Source: Antedon mediterranea
Taxonomy: Eukaryota; Animalia; Echinodermata
NCBI RefSeq assembly: GCF_964355755.1
Contig: NC_092673.1
Coordinates: 35,957,648 to 36,021,647 of the forward strand
Length of the DNA stretch: 64,000 nt
Direction of reading: 5' to 3'
The notes below the pieces were generated by a model. That model searched no databases, was not told where the DNA came from, and saw nothing but the letters and a program-made list of their open reading frames with translations. The position numbers were made by a program, and so were the translations under genes. Shown piece by piece: positions 1 to 13,170 of this stretch (position 1 is its first letter; every line of letters starts with the position of its first letter).

Positions 1-3000
1 AAGGAAGATATAGTGAATGATGATAGTTCATCACAGGTTACCTGTTCTCCTAGGCAAGACCCATCTACTGACGTTAAAGTAGAATGCAATACCGGCTTTG
101 AAAATGTTCCATTTGATTTTGAATACTTTGATACCAAAGAAAATCTTGAAGAAGAAAAAGTTGGAATCGGCGATGATATAGTACTTTCGACCAAAAATAT
201 ATCGTTGGAAAAAGCTACCAACTCTGATTTTCACACTGATATATTAAAAGAAGAAATTTTTAGTGAATCGTCAAATGAATTTTTTGATTGCCAGGAAACT
301 ATTTTCAATAGCTTTAAGAAGGTTGATAACATCAAACAAGATTCTCGTACAGATTCTTCCCAATGCTCCTTCAGTGATTCCGTCAACAATTCATCTTGCG
401 TTCTGAGCAGGCTGGCATCTCAAGTCTCCTATGATAAATTCATACCATTTAAAAATTATTTTTTTGGCTCAAAAAAAGAAACATCAACAAACTCAAATGT
501 GCAAAATAACAATGAAGTTACAGAGAGTACAAGTCTATCTTCAAACATGGCTGGAAACTCTGCAGATTCCAATAATTTTGCAAGACATTTTTCAAATGCG
601 TCAAACTCGGGAAACAATGGGAAACAAAACAAGTGGTCACGTTCTGTATGGAGTAACCCTCATAATAGACATTGTCCATTCTACAAAAAAATGCCAGGTA
701 CAGTTTAAAATGCGACTTCTGCGCCACTTTCTTGATATTTTTTTTTCAAGTTGCATTTTCTCTAACTGATAACTTCCGATTTATATTATGTAGTTTACTT
801 TAGACAGAATGCACGACTACAGTCATTTTTTAATAGATAATATACCATATTTATATAGGGCCCTTTTTGTGAAAAATGTTGCTATAGATGTATTTTTAAA
901 AGTTATTAAATTTTTTTTTCAGACACATCGATTGCTGTTGATGCATTCAGCTATGGCACCATTCCTTGTATCAAAGCTTATTTCCTGAGTCATTTCCATG
1001 CAGATCATTATGGAGGTCTTACCAAACATTTTAAACACCCAATTTACTGCAGTAAGGTAAACAAGCATAGCTTAATATTGGTTGACACATTGTCTTTAGA
1101 TTACTAGTTAAAAAACTAGTTTAACAAGTATAGCTTGACTGTACTTACTAGTTTAACAAGTTTAGCGTGACTACTTTTTTTACAGGAAACTGGGAATCTT
1201 GTGATTTCCAAGATTAGTGTTGCTAAGACTTTGGTTAACACACTTCCAATGAACACACCATGTATTGTAGAAGGTGTACAAGTTACACTACTACCTGCTA
1301 ATCAGTAAGTCCAGCTCTATATTTAAACTTGCTATTTTGTTCAATATCAATTCCTTTGTTAATTATTAAAATAGAGTCAACTCTGCCAATACCAGACTCT
1401 CTGAAAACCAAAAACTCCCCCTGACTTTTCTTGTCCAAAAGGTTCATTTTTACCATAAAAAAACACTTTCCAGAAAACCAGACATATTTGGCCAGCCCAA
1501 AGGTTTCAGATATTGTGAAAGTTGACTCGCTCTACTTATGTCTCAGCAGACTTAAGTTTCTTACTTTTCTGAGGCCAAGAGGAAGTCAACCACCTTCCCA
1601 ATTGAAATGGTATAATTTGTTTATGTATGTGTAACTCTGATAGGTAAATAAAGTAAAATCAAATCAGTCCCTTCACAGCATACCTCGGAAACCATTTATT
1701 AAAACATTAACTGAATGTCTGAATTATCACTAAACCATGTACAATTGTGTTTTTTTTATTATAGTTGTCCCGGAGCAACGTTGTTCCGTTTCTGTTTGAA
1801 AAATGGTAAAGTTTACCTTCACACTGGGGACTTTAGAGCAGATCCCACCATGGAAGATTATCCTGCTCTTGTTAACTGCCATGTGAACACACTTTATCTC
1901 GATACTACGTAAGTATAAGTGTGAACATGACACTATGTAATGTAATGTACAAGTATTAACATCTGAACATGTGATACTAATATGTTAGATTCATGTGAAC
2001 AAACTATACTGAATGTTAACCAATTTATTCTATAATTCAGCAATCATCTCATTCAATGTGAATCCTACATTTTTATAGATACTGCAGTCCTGAATATAGA
2101 TTTCCAAGCCAACAAGAAACTTTGCAATATGTTGTTGATGTGGCTAGAAAGCATGTTGAGGCCAATGAACGAACTTTAATAGTGTGTGGAGCTTATACTA
2201 TCGGTAAAGAAAAGGTGTTTTTAGGTAAGAAATGTATGAAAATGTAAAGCTTTTTTAGTACTATACTATAACTGTTATTACATATGTGAAGTACAGTAGT
2301 TCAGTAGTATTTATTGGTTAATTATCTACCTTTAAGCTTTCTTTAATTCTCTACCTTTAAACTTTCTTTAATTCTCTACCTTTAAGCTTTCTTTAATTCT
2401 CTACCTTTAAGCATTCGTAACTCATACAATTTCTTCTCCTTTAAATCTCTTTTGAAAAAACACCTGTCTCTCTCTGATTTTATTTCTTTTTATCCTTCAT
2501 TCATTGTTGGCCTACTGTATATTTATATATATATATATTAATTTTTTTATCTTTGTTAATTTTGTGTTTTTATAGTTTATTTTGTATTTTCTGTTTGTAT
2601 TGTTTGAGGGTCCCTAATGATCAGCTGATGCTTGATGGATCACCCTCATAAAATATTGTTGAAATAAAGAAAAATTAATTTCTACCAAACAGTATGATGC
2701 TACTACACGAATTATGATATATCTTTAAATAAGAAATTTTTCCTACTTTTTCCTACAAATATAATGAATGCTGGGAATAAATAATGGTGTAAACATAAAT
2801 TATTATAAATGAAATAGAATTTGAGTGTACTTGAGATGATGCATCTGTTTTTAGTCTCTTTCAGTTAACATTATTATTCGGTTTAACATTATTTTAAATA
2901 TTTTCTCAGCAATAGCCAAAGCCCTTGCCTGCAAAGTGTGTATAACCCGTGACAAGCAAAATGTTCTGAACTGCCTTGAAGATGAAGATATGAAAAGTTA

Positions 3001-4258
3001 CTTAACATGTTGTAAGACTGCAACAAGACTTCACGTTCTGCCGATGGTGTCGATTACACATCCGGTATGTGCACATTTTATGAACCTGAAATACTGTCCT
3101 TTATTTATTTATTTGTTTTTTAAATTTCATGCGCATTCAACAGCGAGCACAAACTCGCCAATTACAGGATGGATAAACTACTTTATAATTTATCGTGCTT
3201 GTAAACTAAGTCTCATTTGAGGCTTAGGGAGTGGAGTTAAATGAGTTGTGAGTTACAACCCAGTTCAGGATTGAACCCCGGACCTTGGGATTTGAAGGCA
3301 AGCATGTTAACCACCAAGCTACAGCTCCACTATGATTAGTTAGTATTATCAAGATCATTACAAACTATAAATAAGAATAATGTTAAAATTGATAATTTGT
3401 GTTTCATTTCTTTTTTTCCACAATTAATAACCCGCTTAATAAAACTGTAAATACAGTATTAACAATTTTATAATAATATTCCAGAAATTGAAAGAGTATA
3501 TGAGTCGATTAAACCAACGCTATACACAAGTGGTTGGTATTAAACCCACAGGGTGGACACACAGTAAGAAAACTACTGGTCTACTGGATATTAAGCCATC
3601 AGTCAGTGGCCTCAATTTTATTTATGGTAAGAAATCTATGAACTTATTGCTTTTAATTAATTTTCCTTATTTCTTGAGAAATTACATCTTTTTTTTTCAA
3701 TTTTGTTTTTAATATGCCATTTTAATGTCGCATATAAGTTATTCACTTTGACCAAAAACTGGATCCGAAAAAAAAATTATTTACCAGAAAAAAATGTAAT
3801 TCAAAGCAAAAAGTACTTAAATTGTCTGTCAGACAATGGTTTTGGGTTAAAATTAAACATTTCTTTTGTCTTTGTATAAGTGAAATAATTATTTTTGTGA
3901 ATAACTTTATTAAAACTGCAAAATGTCCTATTTAAAGTTTGATTTTATTAATCTTCATTTTTCATGTTTTTTGAAGACAATACATCTTTAAATAAATGAA
4001 TATTTTGTTGTGTTCTTAGGAATACCTTACAGTGAACATAGCAGTTACAGTGAACTGGAACGCTTTGTGAGATTCATAAAACCTGACAAGATTCAGCCAA
4101 CCGTGAACGTTGCTAAGGAAGATTCGAGGAAGAAAATGAAAAAGATCTTTGAATCTTGGATGAAAGAGGATGTTACTATGCCAACCAAACGAAAATGTTC
4201 TACCATAGCAACCATTGATACTTTATATGGTAAAAAGGTGAAGAATGAAGAAAATTGA
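1..4258 (+). CDS. DCLRE1A: DNA cross-link repair 1A (SNM1A), MBL/beta-CASP 5' exonuclease; 5' end outside window
   Basis: Exons <1-697, 923-1056, 1186-1304, 1765-1908, 2079-2224, 2910-3064, 3485-3626, 4020-4258, all GT-AG and phase compatible. Motifs: [74 protein letters not shown]. Confidence 0.95.
3115..3330 (-). mobile_element. tRNA-derived SINE (degenerate)
   Basis: Minus strand reads GGAGCTGTAGCTTGGTGGTTAA (A box) ... GGGTTCAATCC (B box). Related fragments lie near 18250-18310 and 47025-47127. Confidence 0.6.
3690..3991 (-). mobile_element. Kolobok-like MITE family B, degenerate copy
   Basis: Reverse complement begins TTAAAGATGTATTGTC. Internal sequence matches 16185-16494 and 23435-23768. 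Confidence 0.55.
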
Positions 4259-4340
4259 TACAAAAAGTTGCTAAATTTAGATGACATTTTATTTATTTTA
4301 TTTTTTTTTTATTTCACCTTATTTATAGAGGGTGACCCTA

Positions 4341-4547
4341 AAGCTTGGTTTCCACTAGAACAAAACGCAGCGATGTATTGGCGCAAAGTGCTGTATTGCG
4401 TAATAACAAGTGGGAACCGATGACGCAATAGTGCTGCAAACATTGCTGGTTTGATTTCACGCAGGCAGGGGCAAACAATTATTAGAAGAGAATTTTCTTA
4501 CGTTGCGTAGATTGCGTTACATTGCGTCGCTATTGGGAACCAAGCTT
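4341..4547. mobile_element. Harbinger/Tourist-like MITE in DCLRE1A 3' region
   Basis: TIRs AAGCTTGGTTTCCA...TGGGAACCAAGCTT with TAA/TTA flanks. A related copy lies at about 24491-24646. Confidence 0.65.
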
Positions 4548-4606
4548 AAACAGCGTATGCTGACAGTCATGGGTCTCAATGTATTTATGATATATTCTAT
4601 AATAAA

Positions 4607-4969
4607 CAATACTGTGATACTGATCCACATTCTGCAATACTGTGATACTGATCCACATTCTGCAATACTGTGATACTGATCCACATTCTGCAATACTGTG
4701 ATACTGATCCACATTCTGCAATACTGTGATACTGATCCACATTCTGCAATACTGTGATACTGATCCACATTCTGCAATACTGTGATACTGATCCACATTC
4801 TGCAATACTGTGATACTGATCCACATTCTGCAATACTGTGATACTGATCCACATTCTGCAATACTGTGATACTGATCCACATTCTGCAATACTGTGATAC
4901 TGATTCACATTCTGCAATACTGTGATACATCCACATTCTGCAATACTGTGATACTGATCCACATTCTGC
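4607..4969. repeat. 28-bp tandem repeat, about 13 copies
   Basis: Unit AATACTGTGATACTGATCCACATTCTGC. Confidence 0.95.
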
Positions 4970-5949
4970 ACTGATTATTAAGATAATAATTCCTTGTTAA
5001 ACTGATCATGTGTATTCATCTTAATGTGGATAAGTCCATAATTCTTCCCTTATCATCCACTCAAAACTGATACATTAGTATTGTTACAAAACAGCCTTTT
5101 CTTAAAGAATTGACAAATAGAATAAAACAGATTTTATATACAGTATATAGTTACAAAAGATTATAGTTCACCTTAATATAAATATGTAATGTAGATTAGA
5201 TTATGATTATATAAGATAATAGTAAATTAATTTAAATATTACATATCAAACAATGCAATAGATTTTGTGCTGATTATTCCCAGTGTTTACTGTTTTGTTA
5301 TATACCAGTGTACACAATTATCTACCTTAATAATATAGCTGATGTAGCTATGCTACATAATACTTGGATGGGTATTCTGTCTTTTTCCTTTTACAGTACT
5401 AATAAAGGACTAAACAAAGAATTTAAGTTGTCATTTTCGAAGTTGTCCTTTTTTTTCAGTTGATTATTTGTAAATTCCATTCAATGATGACAGCATTAAA
5501 CAAAAAAGTCCTATGCTTCATACTATTATTACTTAATATCTGTGGAATAATTTATTATCTATATACATAAATGGTTTTCTCAGAAGAATAATATATTTAT
5601 AAATTTTATAAATAAACTGCATGATTGCTAAACCCTCTAATCGGCCCCGCCATGTAGAATATTATCAAGGACATACAAAGGTCAACGCCCGTTACCAAAA
5701 CATTGAAACGTGACTTGTCAGTCGATGATGCAATGTTCACCATTTGAACGTTCTAGAGATTGTTTCAAATGTGGTTATTAAATTATAGAATTCATTTAGA
5801 TGTGTTAGATAAAATTTCAGATGTGTAAAATCTGTTTTTATAATGCATTTACTTATTTTATTTGAATATTTAAGGAAGAAATTTAGTGATTTTTATTAAG
5901 TACGTTCTTGTTACTCTTGGATACATAGACGTTAGAGCTAAAAATAAGA

Positions 5950-6545
5950 ATGTCACGTGGTAACTCGTGACCAATGACGCAACAATCCTGCTTTGACTGG
6001 AAAAGACGGGCTGGACTTGGACACTACTGAGAGAATTATATAATTCGGAGAATTATATAATTCGGAGAATTATATAATTCGGAGAATTATAACAAAAATA
6101 GGAACTTCAATTTGTTTTTTTTATTGCATTACTGTTAAATTACTTGATATAAAGTTATATAATACATATTAGATATATGTTTTAACATTTACCTATACAA
6201 ATTACTGTTAGTTTTGTCATTAATTTCAATGATTTGTTATAAATTCTCGTAACCGTAAGCAATCAATCAAGGCGGTTCGTAGGGACGAGCCCCCAAAATG
6301 ATGACATCTGATTGGCCATATGCTAATTTTGCCTCATCAGCATATTTATCGAGATATCACTGACAGGACCATAACAAATCCTCCTCCGAAGAAAAAATAA
6401 TATTTTAGGGGAAATTCCACTGTTTTGTTCCGAGGAAAAGAGTTTGTTTAATATTTGTCGTGAATTAAATTATAACAACTGTAGTACATTGAGGATTTAT
6501 TTAATATTGTTCTGAGACTGGAAATTGTTGAAATTAAAGGTAAGA
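5950..6545 (+). promoter_or_regulatory. Putative CREBRF promoter and non-coding first exon
   Basis: GTCACGTGG E-box (5952), CCAAT (5971), TGACGCAA (5975), ATTGG and octamer-like ATGCTAAT (about 6312-6328), then a strong donor AAG|GTAAGA at 6539/6540. Confidence 0.45.
6031..6090. repeat. 17-bp tandem repeat, about 3.5 copies
   Basis: Unit GAGAATTATATAATTCG. Confidence 0.85.
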
Positions 6546-7337
6546 ATATCAGTAATCACAAGGTAAATAAAGAGTATAAAATGTAGTGCTGTGTCATTCG
6601 ATCGAGGCCGTGAAAAGGTGGTTGTGTTGTCGTATAAAAACACAAACAAAGGCTGCTGTGCATGTACAGCAGTTGAGACTGCCAACCCAAAGGTTTAGAC
6701 TACCAGGCCTAGCCAGCCCTAGTACAACAAGTTCAAGTATACTCTAGACTTCGTCAAATAGCCAGGTGAATGCCAAATGAATCTGAATCTTGTTTTTGTA
6801 ATAATTGTTTAAATATAACCATTTTTTTTAATCACAGACATTATTATTATTATTATTATTAATAATAAATTTAAAAAATAATAAATTTAATTCTATCCGT
6901 TTTTATAATTTTGTTTAAAAGATTAAAGAAGTCTGCACCTAATCTTCATTATAAGTATGTGGCATTATTTTCATTAGTTAGAATGCAATTCTTCGTAAAT
7001 TACTATGTTTTGGGCCTGGCCTAGAGTAGTACTAGTATAACCATAATCACCAATATTATATATCTAACCATAATAAATATACACTGCAGTACTTTTCCAT
7101 ATTTTGTGTGTTAGTGGCCTACACTGTAATACTATATCTAATGAATTTTGGGAATTAAAAGTGGTATTTCTGAAAACATATGCTTTTGACAGGTTGACCC
7201 ATTTCTCACATCAAACAGCTGGTGGGAGGAAACAATCTGCTGATACACAATCATTACAACACCCACTACTGTGTAACATTAAATGAATGGTGCACAACAT
7301 TAACAAATAGATGCACTGATTATGTTTATACTGTATA

Positions 7338-7479
7338 ATAACATAGTATAAAACTGACTCCAAATAACCAGAGGCAAACCATGATTCAACGTTTCAATCT
7401 TTATAATGATGATCAAATAAAGATCGAAACGTTGAATCATGGTTTGCCTCTCCTTATTTGAAGTTTTATACTATGTTAT
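7338..7479. repeat. About 140-bp imperfect palindrome, probable Penelope-like terminal remnant
   Basis: Arm ATAACATAGTATAAAACT...GAGGCAAACCATGATTCAACGTTTC and its reverse complement. The centre has TGAT-GATC-loop-GATC-GAAACGTT. Confidence 0.65.
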
Positions 7480-8250
7480 ACACACAACATGTGTAAAAAA
7501 GTTTTAAACTCTGTATCTATTATTATATTGTGGTAAGATCCTGAGAATATATGAACAAGTTTTCATGTGAAGGAGGCCTCTTCATAAAGGACTACTTTCA
7601 CTTTAGTCTTGGAAATAAACAAAATCTTTTTCGTAAAATTGTGTGACTCAATAAGGATGTTTAAAACCAAATTTAAAATATTTAGAATCGAGTAATTCAA
7701 TTACAATATGTCTAGGGTAGGCCAAATTGTAGAACAAAAAAAAAAGTGAAAAAGGTGAGTCATAAATTTGAAAATATGATTTCTACAAAATTTGCCTTTT
7801 CTGCTTTTTCATAAAAAACAATCCTGTTTAAAGATTTTATTTTGGATGAAGCTTGAAAACAAATTTGCTGCTTCTTCTATACAAGTCATGTTGTACTGAC
7901 ATAATGTGCACTGTCATTCCCACAACAATTGCTAAAATGAAAACATACTGTAGGCCTTCTATCTGACAGGTTCATATTGTGAGACAGCCAATGCTCTGTA
8001 AGTATACTCAAGATTTTCAGTTTAGTTTTGTGAAAATCATACAAAAAATCATTTTAAAAGAAGTATATAAATACAAAATCTGTTAGAAAATCAAATAAAG
8101 AATATCTGTATCTCAGTGTTTCCCATACTTGGTAGGGTAGATAAGTTGGAAAGAAAAATAATACGATAGATGGATCCTTAAAACAGCCATGCGTTCTTAA
8201 ATGTTCAATAATTTAATAGGTATGAACCTACTGAAGGTAGGTTGCCTGGT

Positions 8251-8885
8251 TTAAAGACCCCTTCCCTGCAATTTTGGACGTTTTTTGGAAATTAATACAT
8301 ATATATCACTTTAAAAACATTAAACCATGTCATTCCTTGTCTTAAATGTACGTTTTATGGTAAATTATGATAAAAAGTGAGAAACAATGCACTACCTAAG
8401 TAGCTCGCGGCGATCGACCTCTCGTGGACGGTCTTAGGCCTAGCCCAGCTAGGCTTAGTTTTGTAGGCCTAGCTGGTAAACATCGATAACGTACGAACAT
8501 CGTACGCTAGCTATATACCTAGCCTGACGTTGTATAATTGCTGCATTAATTGTCTTTCTATTTTTGCCAGACTCCGTTGATACAAATTGGGGAAAACCCG
8601 GTATTTTCGCTGAAAAGTTAGGAGTCTTCCATTTGTTTTGGCTTCACGATCGATCGAAAAGTGGGCGAATTACAGGTGAAAAACAAAAATATCAATCCGC
8701 GCGTAATGCATTTTGGGATTTATAGCGGGCCGCTATAATTATTAGAATCGATTTATTTTTTCACATTTTTAACCGTTTAAAGACGAAAAAAGTTATCGCA
8801 ATAGGACCATATAGTATTATTTTTACATTAAATATAGTTTGTGATCTTAAATTAGATCTAAAAAACGTAGGGAATGGGGCTTTAA
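8251..8885 (+). mobile_element. Non-autonomous Kolobok-like DNA transposon family A, copy 1 (about 625 bp)
   Basis: TTAA|AGACCCCTTCCCT...AGGGAATGGGGCT|TTAA: TTAA TSD and RR..YY termini. Near-identical to 11611-12243 and 19585-20215. Confidence 0.85.
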
Positions 8886-9199
8886 CCTTTTTTCTTAGTG
8901 GTACTGTATAAAAAGAATTATGTAATCTCTTTCGTACAAACAATATATTTATAGAATAAGAATAAGGCTTTGATTACCAGTAAGTTCCTTGCTTTAAAAG
9001 ATCTGAATAAAGATTGAATAATTTATAATTGAGAGATAGTTATTACATTTATAGGCTACTAAATCTACTTATGTCATTTATAATTTAGATAAATTATATT
9101 TTAGTTTTGTTTCTTATAATTAAATTAGCATAGGGATCTTTTCTATGCCTTTGCTGAATAAAATATAAGATTGATTTAAGTTGCCATAGTAATCAATTT

Positions 9200-10131
9200 A
9201 ACATTAATAATGTTGTAGTAAGGTACAAAATAACAATAATGTTGTAGTAAAGAACATGAATAACATTAATAATGTTATAGTAAGGTACAGGAATAACATT
9301 AATAATGTTGTAGTAAGGTACAGAAATAACATTAATAATGTTGTAGTAAGGTACAGGAATAACATTAATAATGTTGTAGTAAGGTACAGGAATAACATTA
9401 ATAATGTTGTAGTAAGGTACAGGAATAACATTAATAATGTTGTAGTAAGGTACAGGAATAACATTAATAATGTTGTAGTAAGGTATAGGAATAACATTAA
9501 TAATGTTGTAGTAAGGTACAGGAATAACATTAATAATGTTGTAGTAAGGTACAGGAATAACATTAATAATGTTGTAGTAAGGTACAGGAATAACATTAAT
9601 AATGTTGTAGTAAGGTATAGGAATAACATTAATAATGTTGTAGTAAGGTAAAGGTGAGGTGAGTCCCGTGTTCTCTGAACGTAGGTGAATGAGCTGTTAG
9701 GAGCTCATTGTACTAAGCCTCGGCATTATGTGGTAGGGTGGCCAGTTCCTTTCCACGCCGCCTTTTTTCTCCCTAGTATTTTCAACCAGGTACTCATTTT
9801 ACAGCTGAGTGAACTGGGAGTTGTCGGGCATTGAACCCGGGTCTATCTGTACGACAGTCAAGTGTCCTAACCACTCGGCTATCCAACTCCTGTAGTAAGG
9901 TACAGGAATAAAAATAATAATGTTGTAGTAAGGTACAGGAATAACATTAATAATGTTGTTGTAAGGTACATGAATAACATTAATAATGTTGTAGTAAGGT
10001 ACAGGAATAACATTAATAATTTTGTAAGGTACAGGAATAACATTAATAATGTTGTAGTAAGGTACAGGAATAACATTAATAATGTTGTAGTAAGGTACAG
10101 AAATAACATTAATAATGTTTCAGTAAGGTAC
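9200..10131. repeat. 33-bp tandem repeat interrupted by a SINE
   Basis: Unit AATAACATTAATAATGTTGTAGTAAGGTACAGG, about 13.5 copies before and about 7 after the insertion. Confidence 0.95.
9651..9890 (-). mobile_element. Full-length tRNA-derived SINE with CORE-like centre
   Basis: Minus strand: GGATAGCCGAGTGG (A box), GGTTCAATGCC (B box), CAGTTCACTCAGCTGTAAAATGAGTACC (CORE-like), ACCTTTACCTT tail. TGTAGTAAGGTA flanks both sides. Confidence 0.8.
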
Positions 10132-10320
10132 CGAATATTTTATAAACATGATGGATACAAGGTATATTTTGAAATTTAAATGTTAATCCATTTTGTGAAA
10201 AAGGTTGAAAGTTTGTATCAGCTAAAAGGTCAAGGACATGTTTGTTATTGTTTTGTATGAGAGGAAACTATACTGCACACTATGGGTCTGTACTGTTAGC
10301 AATCAAAAATGGAAATATAA

Positions 10321-10599
10321 CAGTACTGTATACTGTAGTACTGTATACTGTAGTACTGTATACTGTAGTACTGTATACTGTAGTACTGTAGTACTGTATA
10401 CTGTAGTACTGTATACTGTAGTACTGTATACTGTAGTACTGTATACTGTAGTACTGTATACTGTAGTACTGTATACTGTAGTACTGTATACTGTAGTACT
10501 GTATACTGTAGTACTGTATACTGTAGTACTGTATACTGTAGTACTGTATACTGTAGTACTGTATACTGTATACTGTAGTACTGTAGTAACCTGTATACT
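10321..10599. repeat. 15-bp TACTGTA-based tandem repeat
   Basis: Unit GTACTGTATACTGTA, about 18 copies. Confidence 0.95.
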
Positions 10600-11610
10600 G
10601 TTAGGTTAGCAATAAAAAATGGATACATAAATCAAATATATGTACTGCTGTAATGTATATGAGAACCCAAGACCACTTCTAAGTTCTACCACATATAATA
10701 ATTAATAGCATTTAATAATTCTTTTAGCCTGGTCCATATAATTATTATTAAGACATAAGACATACTTTATTATCTCCAAAAAAAAAAATTTCAGGAGCTT
10801 GAAAAAGAAACAGATTAAAAATCAGTCCTAAACACACCAAAATAATTTTTGGCTTTGACATGACATGCAATCAAATTTACATACACAGTGACATTTTGAA
10901 ATCTGTATGAATTTGCAAGTCGTATGATTATTTACTCAAGGGTGAACACTATTTATTAATTAAGAAAGTAATACAGATTATTATTTTTTTTTTTTTCAAA
11001 TAAAAAAGATGAGTCATCAAATCATCAATAATATTTTTTATAAACAAATTAATAGATTAATAATGTTTTGTACAGATATTTTTACTACGATTTAAATACA
11101 TTCAACAGAAAATGAAATATTTCTTCTAAGAGTACAGTGGAAAATATGAACCTGTTGGATTATACTAGCAAAACATTGTGCAATCCCAGCTAGCAATTAT
11201 TTTCATTTCCATACAATGGTTGAGCAAGAACAACCCTGGATTGGGCTGTGCTCGCTTTGCAGGTCAGGTCAGGAGAGATGAATAATAATTGTTTTCATGC
11301 TTCAGTGCACATGTACAAAACACTCTGTAGCTGGGTCAAAACACTTTACCAGCTGACTGATGTAAACAAAGGCTTTCGGTTCAGGAAGATAGGGTATTTT
11401 ATAGTGAATATCTCTATGATTTCAGGGTAGGAAGATAGACTATTTTTGTAGGTAGGATCAAGTATATAGCTAGGAAGGAGAGGTGAGATAATAATATCTG
11501 TTTAGAATAAGCATTTTAGAAACAGTGTTAATCCAAAATAATTACTCTAATTAATAATTATTAATTATGTTGGACTAGCTATAAAACAACCATACCATCA
11601 TGTTTTAAAC

Positions 11611-12243
11611 TTAAAGACCCCTTCCCTGCAATTTTGGACGTTTTTTGGAAAATAATACATATATATCACTTTAAAAACATTAAACCATGTCATTCCTTGT
11701 CTTAAATGTACGTTTTATGGTAAATTATGATAAAAAGTGAGAAACAATGCACTACCTAAGTAGCTCGCGGCGATCGACCTCTCGTGGACGGTCTCAGGCC
11801 TAGCCTAGCTAGGCTTAGTTTTGTAGGCCTAGCTGGTAAACATCGGTAACGTACGAACATCGTACGCTAGCTATATACCTAGCCTGACGTTGTATAGTTG
11901 CTGCATTAATTGTCTTTCTATTTTTGCCAGACTCCGTTGATACAAATTGGGGAAAACCCGGTATTTTCGCTGAAAAGTTAGAGTCTTCCATTTGTTTTGG
12001 CTTCACGATCGATCGAAAAGTGGGCAAATTACAGGTGAAAAACAACAATATCAATCCGCGCGCAATGCATTTTGGGATTTATAGCGGGCCGCTATAATTA
12101 TTAAAATCGATTTATTTTTCACATTTATAACCGTTTAAAGACGAAAAAAGTTATCGCAATAGGACCATATAGTATTATTTTTACATTAAATATAGTTTGT
12201 GATCTTAAATTAGATCTAAAAAACGTAGGGAATGGGGCTTTAA
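11611..12243 (+). mobile_element. Kolobok-like family A, copy 2
   Basis: Same TIRs, TTAA TSD and internal sequence as 8251-8885. Confidence 0.85.
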
Positions 12244-12539
12244 GATAGAGGCATGAATGATGAATTCACATTTTACTAATATTATTTATAAACATTTGTT
12301 TCATATTGAATGCCCTATTTTTTTTATCTTTGTTCGGAAAGTGAGTTTTGACCATAAATACGAGAGTTATTTATTTTCGGAAACCATTTTTTGACCTTAG
12401 TTCACTTGCGATTCTTCATAACCAGCCTATTAGTGGCGATGATTTGCTTTTGGAATGAAATTAAGAAATAAAAAGGACATAAAGTGTATGTAAAGTAAAA
12501 GGTATTTATGTAAAGTATCTATATTCTCTCTTATTTCAG

Positions 12540-12930
12540 GTGTGAATCAACAACATTCTATATAGCAATATTAACACAATCAGAAGACGTGGATAAACTA
12601 GTCATTTCAAAGAACATATCGGCCTTTTATAGGCCTCAGGCGGAAATAGGCCAAAGGTCAGAACGGCAGAACATCAAGGTCTATGAGGGCGGCTTAACAA
12701 AGTATTCCAGCAGCGCTCCATCTGAAACAAAATCAAAACCAGTGTCGTCTCAAATCAGTCGAACTCTTCCAAATCCGTACCTACCAGAGGCAACGGAGCG
12801 TGCATTTAGCAATCAAGCCACCAGGTTTAAGACGTCATGCAAAACTTTTCATCATAAGACAAGAAGGTGGTTGAATAGAGATGGTGGTGGAACATCTTTC
12901 CATTCATCGTTAAATCATTTACAAACTAAT
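12540..12930 (+). other. CREBRF: Upstream CREBRF exon (5' UTR or N-terminal coding extension)
   Basis: Acceptor TTATTTCAG| and donor AAT|GTGAGT. One frame is open over the whole exon and joins in phase 0 to CCG GTA ATG at 16573. Confidence 0.6.
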
Positions 12931-13170
12931 GTGAGTATCAATTATTGATATTTATTTTATTTCATTTCAAGCACGACACACGAAATTAAAATTGTAACAT
13001 TGTAAAACAGAGAAATGAAACAGGGACAACCACAAAACAAGCAAAACAGCTTTTACAACTAGTGGTGCCCTAAAAATAGAAAACAAGAAAAATTAATATC
13101 TAATTAACACTAAAAGTAAACAGTAAATAGCTGCTAATTATATTTTTTTATTTATATATCATTCATTTTA

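Noticed and set aside
2560-2672. LINE 3'-tail-like stem-loop fragments (also about 12955-13075, 13790-13875, 35390-35500)
   Set aside because: Plausible truncated CR1/L2 tails, but too short to assign without a repeat library.
4517-10628. Repeat ORFs at 4517-4971, 9204-10179 and 10238-10628
   Set aside because: These are minisatellite translations.
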